Positions 1 through 10,307 of a stretch of DNA of 64,000 nt are shown here, one piece after another (the first letter of the stretch is position 1; each line of letters opens with the position of its first letter). Origin of the DNA: Actinomycetota bacterium (GTDB lineage: Bacteria; Actinomycetota; CALGFH01); the NCBI GenBank assembly GCA_040414855.1, contig JBEDUQ010000038.1, positions 38,749 to 102,748 of the forward strand. The letters are read 5' to 3'. Both the position numbers and the translations under genes were made by a program. The notes beneath the pieces were generated by a model, which saw only the letters and a list, made by a program, of their open reading frames with translations, made no database searches and was not told the origin of the DNA.

Positions 1-645
1 CACGGTCGCCGACAGCCCGATCCGCTGGGCCGGCCTCGGGAGGAGCTCGTCGAGCCGTTCGAGGCTCAGTGCCAGGTGGGAGCCACGCTTGGTCGCGACG
101 ACCGAGTGGACCTCATCGACGATCACCGTGTCGATCTGCCGCAGCGCCTCGCGCGCCTGTGAGGTGAGCAGCAGGAACAGCGACTCTGGCGTGGTGATGA
201 GGATGTCGGGCGGCTTGCTCGAGAAGCGCCGGCGCGCGTCGGCGGGCGTGTCGCCCGTGCGCATGTCCACGGTGAGCTGGGGCATCGGCTCGCCGAGGCG
301 GGCGGCGACTGTCCGGAGGCCGGCCAGCGGCGTCCGCAGGTTCCGCTCGACGTCGGCGGCCAGCGCCTTCAGCGGTGAGACATAGAGGACGCGGAGCCGG
401 CGCTTGGGGTGGACCGGCGGCGCCGCGGCAAGGCGGTCGATCGCCCCGAGGAAGGCGGCCAACGTCTTACCAGAGCCGGTCGGAGCCACGACCAAGGCAT
501 TTCCGCCGCCCGCGATGGCCTCCCATGCCCCGACCTGGGCGGGGGTCGGGGTCTCGAAGGCACCCTCGAACCAGGTCCGGGTGAGCGTTGAGAAGCGGCC
601 GAGGGCACGCTCGGCAGCACGCGAATCAGCTGCGAAATCAGTCAT
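1..645 (-). CDS. lhr: Lhr-type DEAD/DEAH-box ATP-dependent helicase, first 215 codons (gene runs off the left edge of the window)
   Basis: Not in the ORF track because it is truncated by the window edge. My translation of the minus strand from ATG 645..643: MTDFAADSRAAERALGRFSTLTRTWFEGAFETPTPAQVGAWEAIAGGGNALVVAPTGSGKTLAAF...IDTVIVDEVHSVVATKRGSHL...RIGLSATV. This gives the Q-motif, Walker A (APTGSGKT), DEVH box and SAT motif in the order of Lhr-like large helicases. Confidence 0.8.
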   Translation of the reverse strand, partial: MTDFAADSRAAERALGRFSTLTRTWFEGAFETPTPAQVGAWEAIAGGGNALVVAPTGSGKTLAAFLGAIDRLAAAPPVHPKRRLRVLYVSPLKALAADVERNLRTPLAGLRTVAARLGEPMPQLTVDMRTGDTPADARRRFSSKPPDILITTPESLFLLLTSQAREALRQIDTVIVDEVHSVVATKRGSHLALSLERLDELLPRPAQRIGLSATV

Positions 646-682
646 GAAGCCATGGTAGACGGCGCCCGCGACAGTCGCCGAT

Positions 683-695
683 CGTTATCCACACC
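683..695 (+). promoter_or_regulatory. Short copy of the TTATCCACA-containing motif (cgTTATCCACAcc) in the lhr-kgd intergenic region
   Basis: Exact nonamer TTATCCACA read at 685-693. It lacks the AGATTT tail of the long copies. Confidence 0.4.
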
Positions 696-767
696 CCCTG
701 ACCTGGGTGATCATCGCGCGGGCAGCACATGGGATAAGAAAAAGAAGGCCCACGGGTCGTTCATGCC

Positions 768-807
768 GGCGAGGCGGCGAGGCGGCGAGGCGGCGAGGCG
801 GCGAGGC
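768..807. repeat. Octanucleotide microsatellite (GGCGAGGC)x5
   Basis: Five perfect head-to-tail copies counted base by base at 768-807, inside the 528-bp lhr-kgd intergenic region. Confidence 0.95.
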
Positions 808-1028
808 CGCGGGGCGCGGGGCCGGCCGCGCGGTCCTGGGAGGGCGCGTCTGGAGTCGCGGTGCGGGGCGGGGCCCTTGCGGGCGCCGGCGCACGCGGAT
901 GTCCCCGATCACGGCCGAGCTTCGCCAGCCATGTCTGAGGAGATTGCGGGGTCACATCGAGGGGGAATCCACCATGATTCGGGCGTTGAACCGCGGCGCC
1001 GCCGGTAGATTCTCGAACTCGCGCATGA

Positions 1029-1046
1029 GGTTATCCACAGATTCCG
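1029..1046 (+). promoter_or_regulatory. 18-nt motif GGTTATCCACAGATTCCG, sense orientation, 128 nt upstream of the kgd start
   Basis: Direct read. One of four near-identical 18-mers in this window (see findings). Contains the DnaA-box nonamer TTATCCACA. Confidence 0.5.
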
Positions 1047-1173
1047 AGAACCCTCTCGGAGAGCTTGGAGCGAGGTGGCACACTGGTCCTGGAACGCCAT
1101 TCATGCTGGTAGGTCGCGATATGCGCCGGCCCGGCTGGCGTTCGAGCGCTTGACCGAGAGGTGTGGCAACGAG

Positions 1174-4100
1174 ATGGCATGGTTCGATCGGCCGGAGTTC
1201 GGTCCCAACGTGGGCCTCGTCGACGAGGTCTACCGGCAGTACCTGGACGACCCGACCTCCGTGAGCGAGGCGTGGCGCGAATTCTTCGCCGAGCACGACC
1301 TCGAGGAGGACGCCGAATCCAGCGATTCGGTGGAAACCGTCACCCCTGCCGAGACGACGACCCAGCCCTCAGAGGGGAACGGAGCACGGCCTGGGGAGGC
1401 TCAGGCCGGACCGACGACGACGGGCGAGGCGGCTCCCGCGGAGACGGCCGAGGCGGCTCCAGACAAGACCGCGGCGGAGCCCACAGGGGACGGAGCGGCC
1501 GGAGCCGCCGAGGCGAAGCGCGCCCAGGTGAAGCCCACTGAGGCCAAGCCCGCCGAGGCGAGGACCGCGGAGGTCAAGCCGGCCGAGGCCGAGGCCGATG
1601 AGGAGCCGCTCCGCGGAGCCGCGGCGCGGATCGTCCAGACCATGGAGGCCAGTCGGGAGGTTCCGACCGCGACCTCGTTCAGGGTCGTGCCCGCGCGGCT
1701 GCTCGAAGTCAACCGGGACGTGCTCAACGGCCACCTGCGCAGGCGGCGTGGGGGCAAGGTGAGCTTCACGCACCTGATCGGCTACGCGGTGGTCAAGGCC
1801 ATCCAGGCGATGCCGGCGATGAAGTCCATCTACGTCGAGCGGGACTCGAAGCCGAGAGTGCGCCGGCCCGAGCACCTGAACCTCGGCCTCGCCGTGGATA
1901 CCAGGCGGCCGGACGGCAGCCGGACCCTGCTGGTCCCGAACATCAAGGCGGCGGACACGCTCGACTTCGGCGCCTTCGTGAGCGCCTACGAGCAGCTGAT
2001 CAGCAAGGTCAGGAGCAACAAGCTGACCGTCGAGGACTTCGCCGACACGCACGTGACCATCACCAACCCGGGCACCGTGGGAACGGTGATGTCGGTCCCC
2101 CGCCTGCTCGCCGGACAGGCGGCGATCATCGGCGTCGGCGCGATCGACTACCCCGCCGAGTACCGCGGCGCGGACCCGGCGACCCTGGCCGAGATGGCCG
2201 TCGGCAAGACGGTCACGCTGACCTCCACCTATGACCACCGTGTGATCCAAGGGGCCGAGAGCGGGGAGTTCCTGGCCAAGCTCCAGGCGCTACTGCTCGG
2301 TGAGGACGACTTCTACGACGAGGTCTTCCGCAGCGTCGGCGTTCCGTACGTCGCGGTGCGCTGGCACACCGACCAGCGGGCGACTCCCGAGTCGCTCGAG
2401 CTGGCCGAGAAGCAGGCGCGCGTCTACCAGCTCATCAACCTCTACCGGGTGCGCGGCCACCTGATCGCCAACCTCGACCCGCTCGAGACCAAGCAGCCGA
2501 CCATGTACACCGAGCTGGACCCGGCCAGCTACGGCCTCACGATCTGGGACCTGGAGCGGCCGTTCCTGACCGGCGGCCTCTCGCAGGAGCGGGAGCTGCG
2601 CCTGCGAGAGATCATGCGCATCCTCCGCGACGCCTACTGCCGCACCGCCGGCATCGAGTACATGCACATCTCGCACCCCGACGAGAAGGCCTGGATCCAG
2701 AAGCGGGTCGAGGTGCCCCCGGCGACCCTGCCACAGGAGGACCAGCTCCAGATCCTGAACAAGCTCATCGAGGCCGAGGTGTTCGAGCGCTTCCTGCACA
2801 ACAAGTACGTTGGTCAGAAGCGCTTCAGCCTCGAGGGCGCCGAGAGCCTGATCCCAATGCTCGACGCGGTGCTGGACCGCGCCGCCGACGATGGCATGGA
2901 CGGGGTCGTCATCGGCATGGCGCACCGCGGGCGACTCAACGTGCTGGCCAACACGGTTGGCAAGAGCTACAGCGAGATCTTCCACGAGTTCGAGGGACAC
3001 CTCGACCCGGCACTGTCGCAGGGCTCCGGCGACGTGAAGTACCACCTCGGGGCGAGCGGAAAGCACACGGCGCCGTCGGGCAAGCAGATCCGCGTCGAGG
3101 TCGCCTCCAACCCCAGCCACCTCGAAGCCGTCAACCCCGTGGTCGAGGGTCTGACGCGAGCCAAGCAGGACCTTCTCGACCGCGGCGAGGAGGCGCCGGT
3201 GCTGCCGGTGCTGATCCACGGCGACGCGGCCTTTGCCGGCCAGGGCGTCGTGGCCGAGACGCTGAACCTCTCCCAGCTGCGCGGCTACCGGACCGGCGGG
3301 ACGGTCCACGTGGTCGTCAACAACCAGCTCGGGTTCACGACCAGTCCCGACTACGGACGCTCGTCGACCTACGCGACCGACGTGGCCAAGATGATCCAGG
3401 CGCCGATCTTCCACGTGAACGGCGACGACCCCGAAGCCTGCGTGCGCATCGCGCGGCTGGCGTTCGACTACCGGCAGACGTTCAAGAAGGACGTCGTCAT
3501 CGACATGTGGTGCTACCGCCGCTTCGGCCACAACGAGGGCGACGACCCCTCGTTCACCCAGCCGCTGATGTACGCGCGGATCAAGTCGCGGCCGAGCGTC
3601 CGCAAGCTCTACACCGAGGCGCTCGTCAACCGCGGCGACTTCTCGCTCAAGGACGCGGAGCGTTCGCTCGAGGAGTTCCGGCAGCGGTTGCAGCAGGCGT
3701 TCGACGACTTCCGCGAGGACGGCGAGACGCCGGAGGTGGAGCTGGAGCATCCGTCGCCGTTGTCGGCGGACCCAGAGGTCACCACGGCGGTCGACCGGGG
3801 CCGGCTCGAACGGATCCTGGACCGGATCACCACGGCGCCCAACAGCTTCGCGATCCACCCGAAGCTCACCAGGTGGCTCAACGATCGGCGGCAGGCGCTC
3901 GAGCGCGACTCGGTGGACTGGTCACTGGCCGAGGCGCTCGCGCTCGGCTCGCTGCTCGACGAGGGTCGCGACGTCCGGCTCACCGGACAGGACACACGCC
4001 GCGGGACCTTCAGCCAGCGGCACTCCGTGCTCGTCGACCAGAAGAACGGCAAGCAGTACGCGCCGCTCGCCCACGTGAGCGACCGGCAGGGACGGTTCTT

Positions 4101-4938
4101 CGTCTACGACAGCCTGCTGAGCGAGTTCGCCGCGCTCGGGTTCGAGTACGGCTACTCGGTGGCCAACCCCGAGGCGCTGGTGCTGTGGGAGGCGCAATAC
4201 GGCGACTTCATCAACGGCGCCCAGATCATCGTCGACCAGTTCATCGTCGCCGCCGAGGAGAAGTGGGGCCAGCGCACCGGACTGGTGCTGCTGCTTCCAC
4301 ACAGCTTCGAGGGCCAGGGGGCGGAGCACTCCAGCGCCCGCGTCGAGCGCTTCCTCCAACTCGCGGCCGAGGACAACATCCAGGTTGCGTGGCCGTCGAC
4401 CGCGGCACAGTACTTCCACCTGCTCCGCAGGCAGGCGCTGCGCGCGAGCCACAAGCCACTGGTGGTGCTCACACCGAAGTCGCTGCTGCGGCTCGCGGCG
4501 ACACGCTCGACAGTCGAGGAGCTGACCGAGGGCCGGTTCCAGGACGTGCTCCCGGACCCGGCCCGACCCGATCCCCAGCGGGTGCGGCGGGTGCTCCTGG
4601 CGAGCGGCAAGGTCTACTACGACCTCGCAAAGCGCCGGGACGACGACAAGCTGGAGGACGTGACGCTGCTTCGGGTGGAACAGCTCTATCCGTTCCCGGA
4701 CGAGCGGATCCGCGAGCGGCTCGACGAGTACCTGAACGCCGAGCGGGTGGTCTGGGTCCAGGAGGAACCAGAGAACATGGGCGCCTGGAGCTACCTCGCG
4801 GTCAGGTTCGAGCGCGAGTTCGGCAGGCCGCTCGAGCTGGCAAGCCGCGAGGAGGCCGCCGCCCCGGCCACCGGCAGCCCGTCGATCCACCAGCGGCAGC
4901 AGCGCCGACTACTCGACCACGCACTTACGGACCATTAA
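1174..4938 (+). CDS. kgd: Multifunctional 2-oxoglutarate decarboxylase/dehydrogenase E1 fused to an E2o-type succinyltransferase core (Kgd/SucA type)
   Basis: ORF 1075-4938. I place the start at ATG 1174 (MAWFDRPEFGPNVGLVDEVYRQYLDDPTSVSEAWREFF, conserved Kgd N-terminus). An Ala/Pro/Glu-rich linker is followed by an acyltransferase core (TSTYDHRVIQGAESGEFL) and a full ThDP E1o part (IHGDAAFAGQGVV, MWCYRRFGHNEGDDPSFTQP). Confidence 0.93.
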   Translation: MAWFDRPEFGPNVGLVDEVYRQYLDDPTSVSEAWREFFAEHDLEEDAESSDSVETVTPAETTTQPSEGNGARPGEAQAGPTTTGEAAPAETAEAAPDKTAAEPTGDGAAGAAEAKRAQVKPTEAKPAEARTAEVKPAEAEADEEPLRGAAARIVQTMEASREVPTATSFRVVPARLLEVNRDVLNGHLRRRRGGKVSFTHLIGYAVVKAIQAMPAMKSIYVERDSKPRVRRPEHLNLGLAVDTRRPDGSRTLLVPNIKAADTLDFGAFVSAYEQLISKVRSNKLTVEDFADTHVTITNPGTVGTVMSVPRLLAGQAAIIGVGAIDYPAEYRGADPATLAEMAVGKTVTLTSTYDHRVIQGAESGEFLAKLQALLLGEDDFYDEVFRSVGVPYVAVRWHTDQRATPESLELAEKQARVYQLINLYRVRGHLIANLDPLETKQPTMYTELDPASYGLTIWDLERPFLTGGLSQERELRLREIMRILRDAYCRTAGIEYMHISHPDEKAWIQKRVEVPPATLPQEDQLQILNKLIEAEVFERFLHNKYVGQKRFSLEGAESLIPMLDAVLDRAADDGMDGVVIGMAHRGRLNVLANTVGKSYSEIFHEFEGHLDPALSQGSGDVKYHLGASGKHTAPSGKQIRVEVASNPSHLEAVNPVVEGLTRAKQDLLDRGEEAPVLPVLIHGDAAFAGQGVVAETLNLSQLRGYRTGGTVHVVVNNQLGFTTSPDYGRSSTYATDVAKMIQAPIFHVNGDDPEACVRIARLAFDYRQTFKKDVVIDMWCYRRFGHNEGDDPSFTQPLMYARIKSRPSVRKLYTEALVNRGDFSLKDAERSLEEFRQRLQQAFDDFREDGETPEVELEHPSPLSADPEVTTAVDRGRLERILDRITTAPNSFAIHPKLTRWLNDRRQALERDSVDWSLAEALALGSLLDEGRDVRLTGQDTRRGTFSQRHSVLVDQKNGKQYAPLAHVSDRQGRFFVYDSLLSEFAALGFEYGYSVANPEALVLWEAQYGDFINGAQIIVDQFIVAAEEKWGQRTGLVLLLPHSFEGQGAEHSSARVERFLQLAAEDNIQVAWPSTAAQYFHLLRRQALRASHKPLVVLTPKSLLRLAATRSTVEELTEGRFQDVLPDPARPDPQRVRRVLLASGKVYYDLAKRRDDDKLEDVTLLRVEQLYPFPDERIRERLDEYLNAERVVWVQEEPENMGAWSYLAVRFEREFGRPLELASREEAAAPATGSPSIHQRQQRRLLDHALTDH

Positions 4939-4982
4939 GGTAAGCGCTTCGGCAGCCCCTATCCCAAAAGGAGCGATGCGCC

Positions 4983-5369
4983 GTGAAAGTCCGTCAAATC
5001 GCGAGCAGCGCGGTGGTAACCGTCGGGCCGACACAGACGCTCCGAGAGGCAGCGCGGCTCATGGCGACACATCGCGTCGGCTCCGCCGTGGTCCAGGATG
5101 CGGAACACCTCGCCGGCATCCTCACCGAGCGAGACGTGCTGAAGGCGGTCGCGGCCGGGGCGGAGCCCGAGAGCTCGACCGTGCAGGACTTCATGACCCC
5201 CGATGTGGTGACGGTTGGGCCGGAATGGGACCTGATCGAAGCCGCCGGCGAGATGGCCCGCCGGCGGATCCGCCACCTGGTCGTCTACGACGGCGGGCAG
5301 CTCCTGGGCATCCTCTCCGTCCGGGACGTGCTGCCGGCGCTGCTTCCCGCCGACCAGCCCTCGAGCTGA
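4983..5369 (+). CDS. CBS-pair domain protein
   Basis: 128 aa with two CBS repeats (HRVGSAVVQD...ILTERDVL and RRRIRHLVVYDGGQLLGILSVRDVL). GTG start about 9 nt after AAGGAG. Confidence 0.8.
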   Translation: MKVRQIASSAVVTVGPTQTLREAARLMATHRVGSAVVQDAEHLAGILTERDVLKAVAAGAEPESSTVQDFMTPDVVTVGPEWDLIEAAGEMARRRIRHLVVYDGGQLLGILSVRDVLPALLPADQPSS

Positions 5370-5559
5370 GCCAGGGCGGCAACCCGCGACCGCCCCACCC
5401 GACGGCTACGACGCCAATGCGGTTGGGCCGCCCGGACGAATCCAGACCTTCGACCATGGCGAGTGCGGCGCCGCTGTACGTGCCCGAAGCGGTGTGCTAT
5501 CTGTCGCGCGGAGCGTGCGGCCGCGCCGCTGAACACCATCGTTCCCGGAGGGCAAGCCG

Positions 5560-6921
5560 ATGGAGCTGGACGAGGTCCTGTCTGCGATCACGGCAGACGG
5601 CGTCGAGTTCGTCCGATTCGAGCAGACGGACCTGCACGGCATCTCGCGCTCGAAGACGATCCCGGCGAGGCACGTGGAGTCGTTCGCGCGCAACGGCCTC
5701 AACTTCCTGCTGGGGCAGCTCGGTTTCGACGAGCAGGCCGGGGTCGCTCCGGGCACCGGCTACCTCGAGGACCGCGGCTTCCCCGACTCGAAGCTGTTCC
5801 CAGACCCGGACACTTACGCGGTGCTGCCGTGGGCGGACTCGACGGCTCGGCTGATCTGCAATCCGCACTTCTTCGATGGCGCGCCAGCCGGCGCCTCGCC
5901 GCGGCTGGTGATGGGACGCCTGTGCGATGCCTTGGCCGACGAGGGCTACCACCATCTGTCCGGCTACGAGTACGAGCTGTACGTGGTCCGCGCGGAGGAC
6001 CGGCAGCCGCCGTTTCCGGGCATCCAGATCTTCGCCACCTTGCGCAACAGCTTCGACGAGGAGTTCGTCAACGACGTGCTTCGCTCGATGCCGGAGGTCG
6101 GCGTCGACATCATCACCTCCAACGCCGAATACGGCCCTGGCCAGATGGAGATCAATTTCGCGCCGGCGCTTGGCCTGACCGCCGCGGACCACGCGTTCAC
6201 CTTCAAGAACGGCATCAAGGAGATCGCCAGGCGCCACGGCTACATGGCATCGTTCATGACCAAGCCGTACGCCGACCAGAGCGCGAGCGGCTGCCACCTG
6301 CACGAGAGCCTCATCGAGGTCAGCAGCGGCCGCAATGCCTTCGCGAGCGACGACTCGACGCCGGGAGCGCTCGCCGAAGTCGGCCGCTGGTGGCTGGGCG
6401 GCCAGCTCACGCACCAGCCGGCGATGACCGCGTTCTTCGCGCCGACCGTCAACTGTGGCAAGCGCTTCAAGCAGTGGTCGTTCGCGCCGGTGAACGCGAC
6501 CTGGGCGCTGGAGAACCGCTCGGTCGCCATCCGCGTGAAGGGGCTTGCCGGCGCCGGGCTGCACACCGAGAACCGCGTGCCCTGCGGCGCCTCCAACCCC
6601 TACCTGGTCGGAGCCGCTGCGATCGCCGCCGGTCTGGACGGCATCCGCAACCACATCGAGCCACCGCCCGCGCTCGAAGGGCTCGCCTACGGCATCGACG
6701 GCCCGGGGCTGCTCCCCACCCGGCTGGAGGTCGCGCTCGACGCGCTGGAGAAGGACGCTGCCATGCGCGAGTTGCTCGGCGAGGAGCTGATCCGCCTGTT
6801 CCTCGCGGTCAAGCGTCACGAGATCGCCAAGGCCACCGAGCACGCTCTCGACTACACCGCCGCCGACTGGACCGACCGCGTGGACCCCTTCGAGGTCTCC
6901 GAGTTCTTCGAGTTTCTCTAG
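5560..6921 (+). CDS. Glutamine synthetase family protein (GlnA-like gamma-glutamyl ligase, substrate unknown)
   Basis: 453 aa. GS N-terminal beta-grasp (GVEFVRFEQTDLHGISRSK) and catalytic-domain motifs (GPGQMEINF, SGCHLHESL, NRSVAIRV, ENRVPCGASNPYL). GGAGGG precedes the ATG. Confidence 0.85.
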   Translation: MELDEVLSAITADGVEFVRFEQTDLHGISRSKTIPARHVESFARNGLNFLLGQLGFDEQAGVAPGTGYLEDRGFPDSKLFPDPDTYAVLPWADSTARLICNPHFFDGAPAGASPRLVMGRLCDALADEGYHHLSGYEYELYVVRAEDRQPPFPGIQIFATLRNSFDEEFVNDVLRSMPEVGVDIITSNAEYGPGQMEINFAPALGLTAADHAFTFKNGIKEIARRHGYMASFMTKPYADQSASGCHLHESLIEVSSGRNAFASDDSTPGALAEVGRWWLGGQLTHQPAMTAFFAPTVNCGKRFKQWSFAPVNATWALENRSVAIRVKGLAGAGLHTENRVPCGASNPYLVGAAAIAAGLDGIRNHIEPPPALEGLAYGIDGPGLLPTRLEVALDALEKDAAMRELLGEELIRLFLAVKRHEIAKATEHALDYTAADWTDRVDPFEVSEFFEFL

Positions 6922-7061
6922 GGGAACAGGGGCGCGGCGGGCGGCTACGGGGAGCGCCCGCCGGGCGGCCCTGGGACCGGACGGCGCGGGCGGCCCGGGG
7001 ACCGGACGGGGCGGGCGACCAAGGAACGGACCCGCCCCGCGACGACCGACCACGACCCGCC

Positions 7062-8402
7062 TCAGGCGTGGCCGGACCACGCGAGACCGTCGGGGAAGCG
7101 ATGCGCGGCGAGGGCGGCCGGGGTCATTGCGGCGTAGCCGGGCGACCTCGGCAGAAGATACCGGCCGCCGATGACCCGGACGGGCTCGGTGAAGTGCTCG
7201 TGGAGATGATCCACGTACTCGATCATGCGCTCGTCGAGGGAGCCGCTGACGGCGATGTAGTCGAACGCGGAGAGATGCACGACCAGCTCGCAGAGACCGA
7301 CGCCGCCGGCATGCGGGCACACGGGCACGCCGAACTTGGCGGCGAGCAGCAGGACGGCGATGACCTCGTTGACGCCCGCGAGGCGGCAGGCGTCGACCTG
7401 GCAGGCGGCGATCGCGCCGGCCTGGAGGAGCTGCTTGAAGATCACCCGGTTCTGGGCGTGCTCGCCGGTGACGACCCGGATGGGCGCGACCGCCCGGGCG
7501 ATGGCGGCGTGGCCGAGCACGTCGTCGGGGCTGGTTGGCTCCTCGATCCACCACGGCTCGAACTCCGCCAGCTCGGCCATCCACGCGATCGCCTCGGGCA
7601 CGCTCCAGACCTGGTTGGCGTCGAGCATCAGCCCCCGCTCGGGACCAAGCGCCTCGCGCGCAATGCGCAGCCGGCGCCGATCGTCCTCGATGCTCGCGCC
7701 GACCTTGACCTTGACATGGGTGAAGCCGGCGTCCACGGCCTCGCGGCACAGCCGACGCAGCTTCTCGTCGTCGTAGCCGAGCCAGCCAGGTGAGGTGTCG
7801 TACGCGGGATAGCCGCCGGTGGCCAGCAGCGCCTCGCGCTTCGCCCTGCCGGGCTCGCGCTCGCGCAGCAGCGCCAGCGCCTGCTCGGGCGTGAGCGTGT
7901 CGGTCAGGTACCTGAAGTCGACCAGCCCGACGATCTCCTCGGGCGTGAGGTCGACCAGCAGCTTCCACAAGGGCTTGCGGCGCGCCTTGGCGTAGAGGTC
8001 CCAGACGGCGTTGACGACCGCGGCGGTGGCCATGTGCATGACGCCCTTCTCGGGCCCGAGCCAGCGCAGCTGGCTGTCGCCGACCAGCCGGCGCCACAGG
8101 CCGCCCATGTCGGCGAACAGGTCCTCCGCCTTCTCCCCCACCACCATGGGCGCGAGCGCCTGGACTGCCCGCACGCAGATCTCGTTGCCCCGCCCGATGG
8201 TGAAGCAGAACCCGTGGCCCTCCAGGTCCGGGTCGCTGGTGCGAAGGATCACGTAGGCCGCCGAGTAGTCGGGCGCGGGGTTCATGGCGTCCGAGCCGTC
8301 GAGCGCCAGCGAGGTCGGGAAGCGCACGTCGATAGTGTCGAAGCCGGTGACGAGGACCTGGGGAAGGATGCTCAGCTCGACACGCTCCCCTCGGTGTCGC
8401 AC
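7062..8402 (-). CDS. fucD: Enolase-superfamily dehydratase of the L-fuconate dehydratase (FucD) type
   Basis: 446 aa, colinear with the FucD family as I remember it: [88 protein letters not shown]. The exact start is uncertain (a GTG at VELSIL is possible). Confidence 0.8.
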   Translation of the reverse strand: MRHRGERVELSILPQVLVTGFDTIDVRFPTSLALDGSDAMNPAPDYSAAYVILRTSDPDLEGHGFCFTIGRGNEICVRAVQALAPMVVGEKAEDLFADMGGLWRRLVGDSQLRWLGPEKGVMHMATAAVVNAVWDLYAKARRKPLWKLLVDLTPEEIVGLVDFRYLTDTLTPEQALALLREREPGRAKREALLATGGYPAYDTSPGWLGYDDEKLRRLCREAVDAGFTHVKVKVGASIEDDRRRLRIAREALGPERGLMLDANQVWSVPEAIAWMAELAEFEPWWIEEPTSPDDVLGHAAIARAVAPIRVVTGEHAQNRVIFKQLLQAGAIAACQVDACRLAGVNEVIAVLLLAAKFGVPVCPHAGGVGLCELVVHLSAFDYIAVSGSLDERMIEYVDHLHEHFTEPVRVIGGRYLLPRSPGYAAMTPAALAAHRFPDGLAWSGHA

Positions 8403-8645
8403 CGCCGGTCGACGGCGGCATGCCTCTGTTGCCCATGATCAGAAGAACACAAGCGGGAATCAGGGTCCATGAGCGGGTCCATGGGCGGGTCCCGGCGGGG
8501 CGCGGCAGGAACGAGCGCCGTGCCGAGTCCGCGGTGTCCGACCCCACGCCCGCGTAGCCGCCGATGGCGCCGCGATCTCGATGGTGCGCCGGACTGCCGC
8601 GCCTGATAGGTTGCCCGGCCAGGGGCTGTGCGGGAGGCGTGGGCG

Positions 8646-10079
8646 ATGGCGAAGAAGAAGGGGCGGGACCAAGCCGGCGGACGATCCCAGGACGTGGTCG
8701 AGCGCGCGGCGGCCGAAGGGCTCGACCTGATCCGCTTCCTGTACGTGGACCACGGCGGCGTCATTCGCGGCAAGGCCACCTCCCGCTCGCGCCTACGCGA
8801 GCGGATGGAGACCGGCATCGGGCTGACGCTGGCGATGCAGGCGATGAGCATGCTGGACGAGCTGCAACCGGTCGCCGGCATGGGACCGGTCGGCGAGATC
8901 CGTCTGGTGCCTGACCCAGACTCGTTTGTCGTGCTTCCGTACGCGCCAGGCGCCGGCGCGATGGCGGCGGACATGCGCAAGCTCGACGGCGAGCCCTGGG
9001 AGGCGTGCCCGCGCTCGTTCCTGAAGGACGCGGTCGCCACCCTCGCCGGCCACGGCTACGCCCTGGTGGCGGCGTTCGAGCCGGAGTTCACGCTGGGCCG
9101 GCGCGAGCCGGCGCCGGACGGCGACCCTGACGCGGTCGACCGGCTGGTGCCGGTCGACGACAGCCTCTGCTTCTCGTCGACCGGGTTCGGCGCCGCCCAC
9201 GACTACGCCATCGAGCTGGTCAGGGCCCTGGAGGCGCAGGGGATGGTGGTCGAGCAGTACTACCCCGAGCTCGGCCACGGGCAGCAGGAGCTGTCGATCC
9301 GGCACGCGCCGGCGCTCCGCGCCGCCGACAACCACGTGCAGTACCGCGAGACGGCCCGCGGAGTCGCCTGGCGCCAGGGGCTTTGGGCGAGCCTCGCTCC
9401 CAAGCCGATCCCCGATCAGGCCGGCAACGGCACGCACCTGCACGCCTCGCTGTGGGAGCTCGACCCCGACGGTGGTCCCGGAGCGCCCGGCGCCCGCAAC
9501 CTCTTCTACGACGCCGACGACCGCAACGGGCTTTCCGATGTCGCCTACAACTTCATCGGCGGGCTGCTGGCGCACCTTCCCGCGCTGGTCGCGCTCACCT
9601 GCGGCAGCGTGAACAGCTACCGAAGGCTGGCTCCCGGGTCGTGGAGCAGCGCCTACACGTGCTATGGCATGGACAACCGCGAGGCCGCCGTCCGCATCGC
9701 CTCGCGGATGTGGGGTCTGGAGGAGGCCTCGGCCAACCTCGAGCTGAAGCCGTCCGACTCGACCGCCAACCCCTACCTCGCGCTCGGCGCCTACATCCAC
9801 GCCGGGCTCGACGGCATTCGCAACAAACTCGACCCGGGCGCGCCGACCGATGTCGACCCCGCCAAGCTGAGTGCGTCGACCCGCAGGCGCCGCGGGATCC
9901 GCCGGCTCCCCGACTCGCTCGGCGCCGCCCTTGACGCGCTGGAGCAGGACGAGCTGCTGATGGACGCCCTCGGGCCGCTGCGCCGGACCGCCTACCTGGC
10001 GGTCAAGCGCTCCGAGGTCGCCGCCTTCGCCCAGCACGACACCGCGTTCGAGTGCTTCCACCACTTCACGAAATTCTGA
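8646..10079 (+). CDS. Second glutamine synthetase family protein (GlnA-like paralogue)
   Basis: ORF 8628-10079. ATG 8646 sits 8 nt after GGGAGG, so it is preferred. Motifs: EPEFTL, ELGHGQQELSIRH, NGTHLHASLW, DNREAAVRI, ELKPSDSTANPYL. Confidence 0.85.
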   Translation: MAKKKGRDQAGGRSQDVVERAAAEGLDLIRFLYVDHGGVIRGKATSRSRLRERMETGIGLTLAMQAMSMLDELQPVAGMGPVGEIRLVPDPDSFVVLPYAPGAGAMAADMRKLDGEPWEACPRSFLKDAVATLAGHGYALVAAFEPEFTLGRREPAPDGDPDAVDRLVPVDDSLCFSSTGFGAAHDYAIELVRALEAQGMVVEQYYPELGHGQQELSIRHAPALRAADNHVQYRETARGVAWRQGLWASLAPKPIPDQAGNGTHLHASLWELDPDGGPGAPGARNLFYDADDRNGLSDVAYNFIGGLLAHLPALVALTCGSVNSYRRLAPGSWSSAYTCYGMDNREAAVRIASRMWGLEEASANLELKPSDSTANPYLALGAYIHAGLDGIRNKLDPGAPTDVDPAKLSASTRRRRGIRRLPDSLGAALDALEQDELLMDALGPLRRTAYLAVKRSEVAAFAQHDTAFECFHHFTKF

Positions 10080-10140
10080 GCGGCGAGGTCCCTGACCAGC
10101 GGAAAGATGTCAGCCAGGGCGCCTATATAGGGTTGAGGAG

Positions 10141-10160
10141 ATGACCTCTACAGAGGTCAT
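10141..10160. promoter_or_regulatory. Perfect 9+9 palindrome ATGACCTCT-ac-AGAGGTCAT
   Basis: Direct read. Lies 62 nt after the GS-like stop, at the left edge of the lower-GC islet. No T-tract follows, so it looks more like an operator than a terminator. Confidence 0.4.
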
Positions 10161-10307
10161 GGGCGTGGTGGCCAAATTCGCGAGGCCAATGCTCGCTTCT
10201 GTGGTCGGTAGCAAAGTGAGGCGACGAGCGTAGACCTTCTCGGGGGTTCTACCGGTGTGAGGTGAGGAGGTCGCTCAGGGTGATCCGGATGGGCGATACT
10301 CCCGCGC

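Noticed and set aside
6922-7061. 25-bp direct repeat (gggaccggacggcgcgggcggcc / gggaccggacggggcgggcgacc) and GC-rich hairpins between the convergent GS-like and FucD-like genes as a special element
   Set aside because: Most simply explained as bidirectional terminator hairpins in a convergent spacer. The resemblance to the other '3'-end echo' loci is too weak to claim by eye.
5497-8547. 1016-aa minus-strand ORF spanning the GS-like gene, the intergenic region and the FucD-like gene
   Set aside because: It overlaps two well-supported genes in other frames. Its translation is Arg/Pro/Gly/Ala-rich with no recognisable motifs, which is the typical off-frame ORF artefact of very high-GC DNA.
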